Below are positions 9,490-20,285 of a stretch of DNA of 64,000 bases, one piece after another. The notes under the pieces are model-generated. The model saw only the letters and a program-made list of their open reading frames with translations, was not told the DNA's origin and searched no databases. Both the position numbers and the translations under genes were made by a program. How positions within the stretch are numbered: position 1 is the stretch's first letter; every line of letters begins with the position of its first letter. This DNA comes from a virus (Duplodnaviria; Caudoviricetes): IMG/VR virus record IMGVR_UViG_3300018492_000150, positions 32,001-96,000 of that record. One strand, given 5' to 3'.

Positions 9490-11226
9490 ATGAGCAACAA
9501 CATAGGACAATTTCAATTTATCAGAGAGTTTAACGATAAAAACAGAACTCCATTCAACGATAAATTGTTTGACAGATCAGATGATGAAATCATCAATGAA
9601 CTAAAGAAAGTTATTTTATCTTGTGAAAGAAGTAAATACTTTACTCTTAAAGTGCAGAACTTCTTTGTAGTAGATGATTATCCTACTATGATGAAGATGC
9701 TTAGAGAACAGGAGAAAGTAAAATCAGATTCAAAAGATAAAGATTTCAATAGATATGATTATATTGCATTGAAAGATTCTGATATAAGACTTTTGGTAGT
9801 TGACTATTTTATCAAAGTAAAATACCCAAAAAAAGAATCTTTAGGAGAGAAAACTCTTCGTGTATTAATCATGGTTCCACGATTTGTGGATAAATATTAT
9901 TTCAAGATATTTGGGAATTACTATTGCCCTAAATATCAGATTGTTGATGGTTCTACCTACAACAACGCAAATAGTAACGCTAAGTGCCAGAATGTGACTT
10001 TCAAATCATTATTCATGGCAACACGTATTTATAAATATAACGCAGACTTTAAATTTATCAATACTCCAGTTGCAGTTAAAGGAAACTTTTATCAATCTGC
10101 TATATTTAACAAAAGTGTACCAGTAATGAAATATATTCTTGCAAGATATGGATTGCTTGGTTCTATGAATGCTCTTGGTGTTCCAGAATTATATATCCAT
10201 AACGAAGATCCTAAGAATGATAATTGGTATACTCTTAAACAGCACAATGTGTATATTTCTATACCAAAATTCTTATTTGATAATGACGTAGTAGCTCAGA
10301 GTTTAATGTATACTGTATATCTTGGTATCACAAACAAAGAGTTCACTGCAGAAATGGTTTGGACAACAGAGTTTTGGTTAAGATCATTAGGTGAGTCTTA
10401 TAGTAATAAGACTCCAGAAAAAGGAATGTCTGTATTAGAGTCATTAGAGTCTATCTATGATATTCCTACAAGAGAAGCATTGAGACTTCCAGATCAATAT
10501 AAGAAAGATATTTATCATGTATTGATCTGGATTATCAGAGAATTTTCTGAATTGAGAAAGAAAAATAATCTTGATGTTGGTACTAAGAGAGTAAGACTTG
10601 CAGAATATATTGCAGCTCTCTATGCATTGAAATTATCAAACGGAATGTTTTCATTCTCTGAGGAAGGTGATAAGATTCAGGTATCTCAAATTGAGAAGAG
10701 AATCTTTACTTTTCCAGATTATCTTCTTAAAGCTATTTCTAGAGATAGAATCATGGCAAGCAAGAATAATGTAAATGACATGGATGCTTTCAGTGCTATT
10801 AAATGGACATTTAAAGGAGTATCTGGATTAGGGGATTCAAAAGATTCGGCTATCCCGCAAGGTTATAAGCAGGTACATCCATCTCATCTTGGAAGAATCG
10901 ATTTGGATTCATCATCGCCTAATGATCCAGGTATGTCTGGAATGTTATGCCCTATGGCTCCAATATTCGATAATTATTTCTCTGATTTTAGTGAACCTAA
11001 TAACTGGAGAGAAGATGTAAGAAATATGCTTCTTGAATATCGTAAGATGAAAGGGTTAAAAGAAGTATTTACATTCCAGAAAGAGATTGGGATTATTCCT
11101 GACGATACAGCAGAAGGGACTGTTGATGAAACTATTGATATTGTAGAGAAAAGAATTGTACCTTTCATTATCCAAGTAGATGAAAGAATGCTTGATATTT
11201 CTCCAGTAAAATTTAGCGAGGTGTAA
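9490..11226 (+). CDS. DNA-directed RNA polymerase beta subunit, N-terminal half
   Basis: FKIFGNYYCPKYQIV, LDVGTKRVRLAEY and KQVHPSHLGRIDLDSSSPNDPGMSG match beta regions (cf. RDVHPTHYGRVCP...GL). Confidence 0.88.
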   Translation: MSNNIGQFQFIREFNDKNRTPFNDKLFDRSDDEIINELKKVILSCERSKYFTLKVQNFFVVDDYPTMMKMLREQEKVKSDSKDKDFNRYDYIALKDSDIRLLVVDYFIKVKYPKKESLGEKTLRVLIMVPRFVDKYYFKIFGNYYCPKYQIVDGSTYNNANSNAKCQNVTFKSLFMATRIYKYNADFKFINTPVAVKGNFYQSAIFNKSVPVMKYILARYGLLGSMNALGVPELYIHNEDPKNDNWYTLKQHNVYISIPKFLFDNDVVAQSLMYTVYLGITNKEFTAEMVWTTEFWLRSLGESYSNKTPEKGMSVLESLESIYDIPTREALRLPDQYKKDIYHVLIWIIREFSELRKKNNLDVGTKRVRLAEYIAALYALKLSNGMFSFSEEGDKIQVSQIEKRIFTFPDYLLKAISRDRIMASKNNVNDMDAFSAIKWTFKGVSGLGDSKDSAIPQGYKQVHPSHLGRIDLDSSSPNDPGMSGMLCPMAPIFDNYFSDFSEPNNWREDVRNMLLEYRKMKGLKEVFTFQKEIGIIPDDTAEGTVDETIDIVEKRIVPFIIQVDERMLDISPVKFSEV

Positions 11227-11228
11227 CT

Positions 11229-11531
11229 ATGGCTAAATGTAATGCATGTGGAAAAGAAATGTTAGATCATGTTTCATGTGATTATAACTTTGTAACTGAT
11301 GGTAAAGAAATTAGAAAAAGAATAAAATGTGGAGATCCAAAAGATCTCCACAATATATCCCCAGGTGAAACTTGTTATGACTGCGGAGCTCCATATGGAG
11401 GTTATCATCATATTTATTGTGATTCAGAAACATGTCCGATATGTGGAGGTCAGTTATTATCTTGCGATTGCGAAATTTATTATACAAAGATTGGTAATAT
11501 ATCTACAAAACCATTTGTATATGAAAAGTGA
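11229..11531 (+). CDS. small multi-CxxC zinc-binding protein
   Basis: CNAC, CYDC, HHIYCD, CPICGGQLLSCDC; ends in TKPFVYEK. Confidence 0.75.
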   Translation: MAKCNACGKEMLDHVSCDYNFVTDGKEIRKRIKCGDPKDLHNISPGETCYDCGAPYGGYHHIYCDSETCPICGGQLLSCDCEIYYTKIGNISTKPFVYEK

Positions 11532-11595
11532 TTTTTCTTTAAAATGAAAAGACATCTCAATAATCGAAAAGTTTTAAAGAAAGAGGTGTAATTAA

Positions 11596-11859
11596 ATGCT
11601 TGGAACTACAAGTGGCAAGAAAAGATATAGATACTTTTTATTTTCACAATCGCAATATAAATTAAGATCGGAAGCAGAACTTTCACTAGGAAAAACATAC
11701 ATTCCAGGGAAAGTTAGATCAAGAGGAAGATGGCAAGATTTTACAGAAATCTCATCTACACCGTCTAATTCTAAATATGCAGATTCTAAAATAGTAGCAG
11801 AAGGCTATCTTGAAGATATGACATACATGATGAATAAAAGTGAATGGAAGGTGAGATAG
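11596..11859 (+). CDS. hypothetical small basic protein
   Basis: GAGGTG SD; GACA-N6-TA promoter variant upstream. Confidence 0.7.
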   Translation: MLGTTSGKKRYRYFLFSQSQYKLRSEAELSLGKTYIPGKVRSRGRWQDFTEISSTPSNSKYADSKIVAEGYLEDMTYMMNKSEWKVR

Positions 11860-11861
11860 AG

Positions 11862-12134
11862 ATGAAAAAAATAAAACCTATACAGTTTTTAAAAGCAAAC
11901 CAATGTCCAGTATGTAGGGGGAAACTTGAATTAGTTGAAGAAGAAACATATGTGGCAGCAATAGACTCAAAAGGACTACCTATCGGAGGGCAATCTTTTG
12001 TAGAACAGAGATTAAGATGTGTGAAATGTCATGCAGAATATAACTGTGAAAAGAAAGGTCCATGCTATCATATAGCTCCAGTATTACCACCTTTACCAGT
12101 TATAGTTGAGGATTTTAATCCTTTTTATCAATAA
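11862..12134 (+). CDS. small zinc-ribbon protein
   Basis: CPVC...CVKC; start corrected to MKKIKPI. Confidence 0.7.
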   Translation: MKKIKPIQFLKANQCPVCRGKLELVEEETYVAAIDSKGLPIGGQSFVEQRLRCVKCHAEYNCEKKGPCYHIAPVLPPLPVIVEDFNPFYQ

Positions 12135-12147
12135 AAATACAAAAAGC

Positions 12148-12180
12148 ATACCCAGTAAGATTCTAATCTTACTGGGTATG
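12148..12180. terminator. hairpin of the CCCAGTA..TACTGGG family
   Basis: catacccagtaagatt-ct-aatcttactgggtatg. Confidence 0.65.
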
Positions 12181-12194
12181 AGGAGAAAATAATT

Positions 12195-12953
12195 ATGAAA
12201 AAATTAACCTTACAGCTTCGTAGCAAAGAACAGGCAGTGACAATAATAGAAAGAACTCTATTAGAACTACTACAGACACTTGATACAACTCAAATAGATT
12301 CCGGTCGGAGCTATATCAAAATAGTCCTATCTAAAGATCAATCTATTATTATCAAAATGTTAAACAGTTATGGAAGCAGTGACTATATTATCCATGCTTA
12401 TTATGTAAAGATGAATAATATACCAGTACCAGTATTTAGTACAGTTATAAATGAATATACTAGAAATGGAAGTATTCTTAATCTATCCCATATGATATCT
12501 GATATATCGATAGATAACAATATCGATGAAATTGCAGTTGAATACAGTTTAGATGAAGATCCTACACTTTCATTTAAAAAAGGAGATGCCACTAATCGTA
12601 CCAATGATGAAATCATAAACTATATCTTCAAATACATGGATAGATATAATGATTGTATTATGATAAAATTAGATTATCTAATTAATGTAGGAACTCCAGA
12701 AGAAATTGCATCTGAGTATACAATGAAAATTCAGTACACTACATCATATGGAAATGAGTATTACTCGATTTTTACTAAAGATACTACAGGTGATACTGGA
12801 GACTTTGTAGATCTAGATAAAGAAGAAGCAGCAATGACTATTGATGATATATTAAATATAATGAGAAAGATAGCTAGTACTGCTATAAAAGAGAAACATG
12901 AAAAAGGAAGAATATTATTATATACATTAATGGAGGAAAGTTACAATGTTTAA
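12195..12953 (+). CDS. hypothetical protein
   Basis: 252-aa ORF with GAGGAG SD. Confidence 0.75.
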   Translation: MKKLTLQLRSKEQAVTIIERTLLELLQTLDTTQIDSGRSYIKIVLSKDQSIIIKMLNSYGSSDYIIHAYYVKMNNIPVPVFSTVINEYTRNGSILNLSHMISDISIDNNIDEIAVEYSLDEDPTLSFKKGDATNRTNDEIINYIFKYMDRYNDCIMIKLDYLINVGTPEEIASEYTMKIQYTTSYGNEYYSIFTKDTTGDTGDFVDLDKEEAAMTIDDILNIMRKIASTAIKEKHEKGRILLYTLMEESYNV

Positions 12954-13695
12954 TGAAATTTATAATGGATTCGTAGAGATTTTAAAAAGAGGACCAGAAG
13001 AAGAAATTGAATATATGAAGAAAGATAAAGGTAGAGTTCCTCACCTGCTATCTTTACTGTATGACTTCGATCCTCTAACTATAGTTAGAGTTAAAACTAT
13101 CAAGATGTCAGAAGGTCCTGATATCGTATTGGTTTTGGCATCTTCGCCAGATCATAATCCGAATATCAAATATATTGAATATCTTACACTTGATGGAAGA
13201 TTGAGTAAGTTAATACTGATCAATATAGACGCACTGATGTCGGAAGAAGACAAAGATGGTTATTCTAGAACAGCTATCTATTCAATTGCATCTTCATTGC
13301 GTAGTGCTATTTCTGGAGTAATGAATTATCATCTTAGAGGATTAGATGATAATATGAGCGAAGTAAGATACATGGGAAGATTTGCTAAACTTATGTATTA
13401 TGCTTCTCCCATCATGATAGTAAAACTTCTTGATAGAATATATGGAGATGGTAAAATAGGAGATGTTGAGATGACAGCAATGTTAGCTGCTATTCATAAT
13501 ACTCCAGATAAAATCAGCATTCAGACTATACAGTCTATTAGAGATCTGTTGAAAGGAACTTCTCTATATGATCTTCTTGACAACAGTTTATTATTAGCTG
13601 CTGATGAAAAGGCATATCCAGGATTATTCTATCAGGATACTGATGAAGATGATACTACAGATATCGAAGAGGGTGATGACGATACGACCGTTTAG
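12946..13695 (+). CDS. hypothetical protein with acidic tail
   Basis: 249-aa ORF, GGAGG SD, overlaps the previous gene. Confidence 0.75.
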   Translation: MFNEIYNGFVEILKRGPEEEIEYMKKDKGRVPHLLSLLYDFDPLTIVRVKTIKMSEGPDIVLVLASSPDHNPNIKYIEYLTLDGRLSKLILINIDALMSEEDKDGYSRTAIYSIASSLRSAISGVMNYHLRGLDDNMSEVRYMGRFAKLMYYASPIMIVKLLDRIYGDGKIGDVEMTAMLAAIHNTPDKISIQTIQSIRDLLKGTSLYDLLDNSLLLAADEKAYPGLFYQDTDEDDTTDIEEGDDDTTV

Positions 13696-13966
13696 TTATG
13701 ATAGGGCAGATACATGTCCATTATGCGGAGAGAATAGATCGGTAGAAGCTTATACAGTTAATGATAAACCTGTTCAGTTAAGTTTGTCTATAGATAGAAA
13801 TAGAGAGCTAACCGGTTTAGGAATTAAATATCTTAAGTGTAGAAGTTGTAAATCAGAATTCTTCCCAATGTGGTTACATAATCATCCATACCCTATGATA
13901 GATATAAACTATTCATACTTTATGAATGGATATATTCAAAGTTTAAAAACATCAGAGACTGTTTAA
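13676..13966 (+). CDS. small zinc-ribbon protein
   Basis: Start corrected to MTIRPF (GAGGGTG SD); CPLC...CRSC. Confidence 0.7.
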   Translation: MTIRPFSYDRADTCPLCGENRSVEAYTVNDKPVQLSLSIDRNRELTGLGIKYLKCRSCKSEFFPMWLHNHPYPMIDINYSYFMNGYIQSLKTSETV

Positions 13967-14033
13967 TTACAGTCTCTGATTTATTTTTATTTATTCCAGA
14001 ACCTAAAATTAATAAATTTGGAGGTTTTAGATT

Positions 14034-16730
14034 ATGAAATTATTATCAGCTAGATTCAAAGGATTGCAAGGAATATATAATAAATCTGGAATCAAAGACA
14101 TTTTTATAGATTTTACAAAATGTCAGCATAACATCATATACATTATTGGAGCAAATGGTAGTGGTAAATCTACATTGATGAGTGTATTACATCCTTTACC
14201 AGATAGTCCTCAAGTGTATATAGATAAAGAACTTGGAGAAAAAGAATTAACGTATGAACAAGATGGGACTGTATATAGAATACTTATACAGTATCCAGTT
14301 TATGGTAATGGATCGAGAGCTACAACCAAAGCATTCTTTACCCAGATGGAACTATCAGGAGCAGTAGAGTTAAATGCTAATGGTACAGTTGGATCATTTA
14401 AAGATATACTTTTTAACAAGTTTAACTTGGATCCTAACTTTATGGCATTATCTCATATTTCTGTAGAAAATAGAGGTATTGTAGAAAAAACTCCTGCAGA
14501 GAGAAAGAAATATGTAGGATTCTTATTAGACTCAGTTGCTGAGTATAATGATATATATAAGACCTTGGTTAAAAGATCTAGTTCATTTAAATCTATCATT
14601 AATAGTATTACTGCTAAGATAGATAGTATTGGAGATGAGCAGAAACTTTTAATGGATAAGAGTGCTGCTGACGCTAGATATGTATCGTTAGAAAACCAAA
14701 AGACGACTTTAACTTCTCAGATATCATCTGCAGAAACTACAATAAAGATATTAGACCCTGAAGGAAAGAATCAGGAGTCTTATAAAAAATTATTTGCAGA
14801 ATATTCTCAAGTAAAAGATACATTGGAATTTTATAATCATTCTTTAAATGGTTGCAAGATAAAATCATTAGAAGATGCCAATAAGTTGTATATGGAGTTA
14901 TCTGGTCAGAAAATGAGATTGGAGACTGATATATTATCTATAGATGAATCTATTCAAGATACTATTCTTTTAAGAGAAGAAGAGTCTAAAATTATATTTA
15001 TAAAGACTCAAAAGTACAATTCAATGACTGCTAATAGCAATATAGACCAGTTAAAGAAATATATCACAGAGTATAGGAAACGTATATTTGAATATGAGAG
15101 TATATTTAAGAAATGTGGAATAGAACCAGGTACTATTACTAAAGATGAATATATCACCGCAATATCTATATTTGAGCAGATACGATCTTCTGTATTAACT
15201 GTGAAATCATATGCAGATGATAGTTCCATTTCAATGGCATGTGATATTATATTAAATGGGGGAGATGCAGCTGTAGAGTTAAATAGGATAGTAGATGAGC
15301 ATCTTGATATAGTAAACAGGCTTAAAACAACTAAAGAATCTATTCAATATTATTTAGGATTGAAAGATAGATTAGATATTCTAAACAATAGACCATCATC
15401 GTGTAATATAAATGAGTGTAGTTTTATTAAAGATGCACTAATCGCTCAATCTAAAGAACCAGAAAAAAATCTAAAAGAATTATACGCTACCTTAGATAAT
15501 CTTGTTTCTGCAGAATTACAGGTACGAAATAAAATGGATAAATCTAACGAGATAATGAAAGTGTATAATGATATAAAGATTATATTAAGATCTATAGATA
15601 CAAATAAAAATATAATTCAAAAATTCCCAATAGCAAATCAATTCCTTGATAAATCTATTTTTATAAATAAGATAAAAATAGGTGATCAATTTAATGAGAT
15701 ATATAATATGACTCAGTATATTGATAGTGCTAATATATTTGAATTATATATTAACGATAAAAAAGTATTGTTAGATTTTGAAGCAGATTATAAAGTAGCC
15801 AAATCTCAAGAAGATATTATTTTGGAATTGCAGAAAGAGATAGAAGAGACTACAGCTAAGCTTAACAATATCGTATCTACTATAGAAAATAAACAATCTG
15901 AAAAGTTAGAAAAACAGAAAGCTTTAGCTTCTATAGAAACTGAAATATCTGCAACAAATAGAGCTATTGATATTTATACTAATATCAATAATGCTACTAA
16001 TAAGAAGATGGAGTTGGAATCTAAACTTAGAGTAATATCTGATAATATTGAAAAAATATCAAGAGAGATAGATACTATAAATAAATCTAACTCTATGCTA
16101 AATTCTATAATTAGAGAATTAGAACCATTGAAGAATATGAAAGATGAGATTAATTATTCTCTGAATAAATTAGCAGAATATAAATCGGAGTTAGAAATAT
16201 ATACAAAGAAGTATTCTACTATAGAATTACTTAAGAAATATTCATCTCCAACAAAGGGAGGTATTCAAACTATATTCATTAAATTGTATATGGATAAAAT
16301 TCTTAACTTAACTAATCAGTTATTAGGAATGCTGTTTAATGGAGAATTAGAATTACTTCCTTATATTATAGATGAAAATGGATTTAAGATACCTGTAAGA
16401 TGTAAAGTGAATAATTTATCTGTAGATGATGTGAGTAACTGTTCTACCTCAGAAAAATCTATGATAGCTGTTATAATGAGCTTTGCTTTGGCATTTCATT
16501 CTAGTCAGATATATAATATTGTAAGGTTAGATGAAGTTGATGGCGGACTAGACCAAGCAAACAGAGCAATGTTTCCTGTCATACTTGATGCTATATGTAG
16601 AACGCTTGATATATCTCAAACTTTCATTATATCACATTCATCTGAATCTGATATGACTAATGTAGATATAATAAGTTTAACACCAGTATCTAATGAAACT
16701 TTAAGAGGAAATGTTATATTTCAATTATAA
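14034..16730 (+). CDS. sbcC: SbcC/Rad50-like SMC ATPase
   Basis: Walker A GANGSGKST, long coiled coils, central Cys hook-like motif (CNINECSF), signature CSTSE, Walker B RLDEVDGGLD, IISH. Confidence 0.92.
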   Translation: MKLLSARFKGLQGIYNKSGIKDIFIDFTKCQHNIIYIIGANGSGKSTLMSVLHPLPDSPQVYIDKELGEKELTYEQDGTVYRILIQYPVYGNGSRATTKAFFTQMELSGAVELNANGTVGSFKDILFNKFNLDPNFMALSHISVENRGIVEKTPAERKKYVGFLLDSVAEYNDIYKTLVKRSSSFKSIINSITAKIDSIGDEQKLLMDKSAADARYVSLENQKTTLTSQISSAETTIKILDPEGKNQESYKKLFAEYSQVKDTLEFYNHSLNGCKIKSLEDANKLYMELSGQKMRLETDILSIDESIQDTILLREEESKIIFIKTQKYNSMTANSNIDQLKKYITEYRKRIFEYESIFKKCGIEPGTITKDEYITAISIFEQIRSSVLTVKSYADDSSISMACDIILNGGDAAVELNRIVDEHLDIVNRLKTTKESIQYYLGLKDRLDILNNRPSSCNINECSFIKDALIAQSKEPEKNLKELYATLDNLVSAELQVRNKMDKSNEIMKVYNDIKIILRSIDTNKNIIQKFPIANQFLDKSIFINKIKIGDQFNEIYNMTQYIDSANIFELYINDKKVLLDFEADYKVAKSQEDIILELQKEIEETTAKLNNIVSTIENKQSEKLEKQKALASIETEISATNRAIDIYTNINNATNKKMELESKLRVISDNIEKISREIDTINKSNSMLNSIIRELEPLKNMKDEINYSLNKLAEYKSELEIYTKKYSTIELLKKYSSPTKGGIQTIFIKLYMDKILNLTNQLLGMLFNGELELLPYIIDENGFKIPVRCKVNNLSVDDVSNCSTSEKSMIAVIMSFALAFHSSQIYNIVRLDEVDGGLDQANRAMFPVILDAICRTLDISQTFIISHSSESDMTNVDIISLTPVSNETLRGNVIFQL

Positions 16731-16739
16731 CAACAAAAA

Positions 16740-16963
16740 CTAGGAGTAAGGCTATAGCCTTACTCCAGTTTATTTTTTTTTCGAAATAGCATTTATCTAA
16801 ATGCTCTTAGTACAATTAATGACCTACTGTTGTTGTTTTTACAATGAAAATCATTTTTTCATATCCATCATGGCAAGACGAATATAATGAAGAAAGCCCC
16901 GAATTCACACATTGAAATTTTCAAGGAGGTGCACTTTTCAGCCAATTGTACCGTAGTATATTT
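16740..16963 (-). ncRNA. candidate late small RNA
   Basis: Perfect AACA-N6-TA promoter at 16963-16974 (-), no SD-led ORF, end-pairing GTACAATT/AATTGTAC, ends at the terminator. Confidence 0.4.
16743..16780. terminator. bidirectional terminator
   Basis: GGAGTAAGGC-tata-GCCTTACTCC with T-rich tails on both strands, between convergent units. Confidence 0.8.
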
Positions 16964-16977
16964 ACCATTATGTTGGA

Positions 16978-17970
16978 TTAATATTCATTCATCAGAGGTT
17001 GTCCTATCAGTACCAGTGGATAGGTTTCTCCAATATTGATATTTCTTGCCACTTTATTCTTCAAATCTATTGTAATATCTTCTAAGAACATAGCATCATG
17101 TTTCTCTGCATTAGGAACAGACTGCCCTGTAGACATATCAATTACATCAAAATATCTTGCACCATTTTCCTGGTTATATACAACAACCTGCTGTATATTA
17201 GGATTTTCTTCAAGATGCATCATATTCTGTTGAGGTGTTAAATTATTTAAATAATTAGCAAAGTTTTCTTCCTGAGACCCTATTGCCATTGTCTGTACAG
17301 GAGAGCCTGCTATCGCCATCTGACTTACATTAGGGAATGGGTTTGTTGAAACAGGAGTATTTACAAATGCTTTATACATTTCCATAACTCTTTGATCATC
17401 ATCGCCATCGTTAGCTGCATTCGCTGCTTTGATTTCTTTGTATCGTTTCATCTCGAAATCATTACATTTAGAAATGGTATTATTTAATTCTCTCGCTGCA
17501 GATATTTTATTTGCAATCATAGTACCCATACTACCTTGTAATAAAGATAAATATTGGTATTTATTTCTCATTGTTTTTGAATGACGAATATCTTCAATAT
17601 CCCCCTGAAGTTCTGTCATTGTAGAATCAAGCTGAACAATTGCAGATCTAAGGATATTGTTAGTTTCCTGATATTTCTTTTCATATGGCTCGTTTGTTTC
17701 CATAAAAGATAATTCACGTTTACTTTTATCATCACCCACGTCAAAATTTTCTGCAACTTGCGTCATATGAGAAGGACTAGAAAACAATGATATCCCTGAT
17801 CCAGCATCATTCTTTCTAGGTCTTCCTCTTTTTTTCTTTCCAGTAGAAGTAGTTTCTTCTACATCTGATGCCATAATAGGGACATCTATAGATTTAGTAA
17901 AATCTATAATAATAGAACCATCAGTAGGTTGTTCTATTTTTGTTTCTATTTCTCTAGTAAATGGTTTCAT
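16978..17970 (-). CDS. hypothetical protein with AT-hook and coiled coil
   Basis: Start corrected to MKPFTRE (GGAGG SD); KKKRGRPRK AT-hook. Confidence 0.75.
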   Translation of the reverse strand: MKPFTREIETKIEQPTDGSIIIDFTKSIDVPIMASDVEETTSTGKKKRGRPRKNDAGSGISLFSSPSHMTQVAENFDVGDDKSKRELSFMETNEPYEKKYQETNNILRSAIVQLDSTMTELQGDIEDIRHSKTMRNKYQYLSLLQGSMGTMIANKISAARELNNTISKCNDFEMKRYKEIKAANAANDGDDDQRVMEMYKAFVNTPVSTNPFPNVSQMAIAGSPVQTMAIGSQEENFANYLNNLTPQQNMMHLEENPNIQQVVVYNQENGARYFDVIDMSTGQSVPNAEKHDAMFLEDITIDLKNKVARNINIGETYPLVLIGQPLMNEY

Positions 17971-18099
17971 TACTAATACCTCCAATTCTTATAAATCATT
18001 AATTTGATGTGTAAACCATATAATTGTAATTTTACAAGCAGAATTACATATAAATAATACATAATTGCACCAGAACTGGGCAAGATAGGAGAGGTTATT

Positions 18100-20061
18100 A
18101 TGGCGCTTTTAACAAGACATCCGAATGGATCTGATTTAACAATTTTAAATACTTCGTATCATTATCCAAGAAGAGATGAAGATACAGGTAAATATAATAA
18201 AGATTTTATTACAGTTGTGTATAAAGATAATATAACAGGAACAAAACATCATGAGATTATCTATGAACCGAATTATAGATTTTATCAAGCTAACGATGAT
18301 GTGAATATAGAACATAATATGTTTTATATTAGTAAAGATAAAGTTCATCCTATGGAATGTAAGTTTTCTGAATTACAGAAAACAATAGCAGAAGTAACTG
18401 GAAATTTAGATTTCTTCTATGAGAATATTAAAACTGGAAATAGAAGAGCTAATAGAGCTTTAAATACGATACCTAGTATTTTTAGTAGTGATGTAAATAT
18501 TGAAGATCATTATAGAGCTAGATTTGCTCAAGATTATGTAAATGAAGTTCATCCAGTAACTAAAGGATATTTCGATATCGAGGTTGATACTAAAAGAATG
18601 AGAGGAGATTTCCCTCAAATGGGAGAATGCCCTGTCAATGCAGTATCATATATAGATGATAAAACTAATACAGTTAATGTGTTCTTATTAAGAGATATCG
18701 AAGGAGATAATCCTTTGATAGAAGAATTTGAAACATCAAATTTTAGTAATCAACAATCTGCCCAACAGTTATTTCAAGAACTTCAACAGTTCATAATTGA
18801 TAATGTTGGAGGTCCAGAGAAAGCAAAGAAATTTGGAGTTGATAATTTAAACTTTCAGTTCATGTTTTTTGATGATGAAGTTAAATTATTATATACATTA
18901 TTCCAAGTTATAAATTCAAATTCTCCAGATTTCATGTTAGCATGGAATATGGCATTCGATATTCCTTATATAATAGAAAGATGTTATACTTTAGGTATAG
19001 ATCCGGCAATGGTATTATCTGCAATGGATTATGTTGAAAAGTATGCTACCTATTATATAGATGAACAGCATAGGAATGAATATGAATTAAGAGGAGATTA
19101 TTATGATATCGCTGCAGATACAGTATATCTTGATCAGTTAGTTCAGTTTGCTTCTAGACGAAAAGGTCAAGCAGCATTCCCAAACTTCAAGCTTGATACG
19201 GCTGCGGATATTATCACTAAAGGAGCAGTAAGAAAGTTAGACTATAGTCATATTACCACAAATCTTACAGAGTTGCCTTATAAAGACTACAAGACATTTG
19301 TTTTTTATAATATCATGGATACAATTGCTCAGAAATGTATCGAAGTAACTGTTGAAGATGTAGATTATATCTATGCGGTTAGTGTAGATAATGATACACG
19401 ATACTGTAAAGGTCACAGACAAACAGTATATCTTACTAATAGAACTAGAAAGTTCTTTTATAGTAAAGGATATATTTTAGGAAATAACTGTAATAGCGGA
19501 GAATCATCTCACTATGCAGGCGCATTAGTAGGAGATCCAACTCATAATAGCGATTACGCTAAATTAAAAGATGGAGATCAGACATATAATATTGTAGATA
19601 ATAGTGATGACTTTGACTTTAAAGCTCTATATCCGAGTGTTGATAGAGAAAATAACTTAGCACCTGATACTATTATCGGAAAGATTCTTATAGATGAACC
19701 TGTTCATAATTTAGAGAATCCGTATCATGATGAAGATTATGATAGAGGAGGACAATTTATTGAAGATCTTGTAACTGGAAATAATCTTGAATTTGGTAAG
19801 AGATGGTTAGGATTAGCTGACGTGAATGAAATGCTCAAAGATATTGATGAATACTTTGAAGTTCATAATCCGTTTAGACCTGTTAATGTATTTACTGAAT
19901 CTGGAAATATCAAACCATTTATCTTTATGCCTAATATTAAAGACGGAGAAATGACAAGACCGTTTATAGTATTGGAAGAAGACGAAATGGTACGTCCATT
20001 TGTACGACATAACGGAGATAAAGATGAAATGGTGAAAAGTGTACTTGATAGTATATTATAA
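18100..20061 (+). CDS. family B DNA polymerase, N-terminal subunit (3'-5' exonuclease plus motif A)
   Basis: ExoI YFDIEVD, ExoII AWNMAFDIPYI, ExoIII YNIMD, YAGALV, motif A DFDFKALYPS; motifs B and C are absent. Confidence 0.9.
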   Translation: MALLTRHPNGSDLTILNTSYHYPRRDEDTGKYNKDFITVVYKDNITGTKHHEIIYEPNYRFYQANDDVNIEHNMFYISKDKVHPMECKFSELQKTIAEVTGNLDFFYENIKTGNRRANRALNTIPSIFSSDVNIEDHYRARFAQDYVNEVHPVTKGYFDIEVDTKRMRGDFPQMGECPVNAVSYIDDKTNTVNVFLLRDIEGDNPLIEEFETSNFSNQQSAQQLFQELQQFIIDNVGGPEKAKKFGVDNLNFQFMFFDDEVKLLYTLFQVINSNSPDFMLAWNMAFDIPYIIERCYTLGIDPAMVLSAMDYVEKYATYYIDEQHRNEYELRGDYYDIAADTVYLDQLVQFASRRKGQAAFPNFKLDTAADIITKGAVRKLDYSHITTNLTELPYKDYKTFVFYNIMDTIAQKCIEVTVEDVDYIYAVSVDNDTRYCKGHRQTVYLTNRTRKFFYSKGYILGNNCNSGESSHYAGALVGDPTHNSDYAKLKDGDQTYNIVDNSDDFDFKALYPSVDRENNLAPDTIIGKILIDEPVHNLENPYHDEDYDRGGQFIEDLVTGNNLEFGKRWLGLADVNEMLKDIDEYFEVHNPFRPVNVFTESGNIKPFIFMPNIKDGEMTRPFIVLEEDEMVRPFVRHNGDKDEMVKSVLDSIL

Positions 20062-20118
20062 ATATGATGAGACTAATCATATGATTAGTCTCATACTTTT
20101 AATTAGGAGGACTGAATA

Positions 20119-20271
20119 ATGTACGATGAAGAAAATGCAAAAGAAGGCAGAGAGCATATGTCTTGTTATGGTAAATTCTATGGAGAAGAAGGAACAGAAA
20201 CATGTTCTGATGGTGTAAGTGGATTATGTTCTTATTGCAACGAATGTCAACAAGACGATCTGCACTATTGA
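20119..20271 (+). CDS. 50-aa Cys-rich protein (not in the ORF track)
   Basis: AGGAGG SD; MYDEENAKEGREHMSCYGKFYGEEGTETCSDGVSGLCSYCNECQQDDLHY. Confidence 0.7.
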   Translation: MYDEENAKEGREHMSCYGKFYGEEGTETCSDGVSGLCSYCNECQQDDLHY

Positions 20272-20285
20272 TAAGGAGATAGGAT

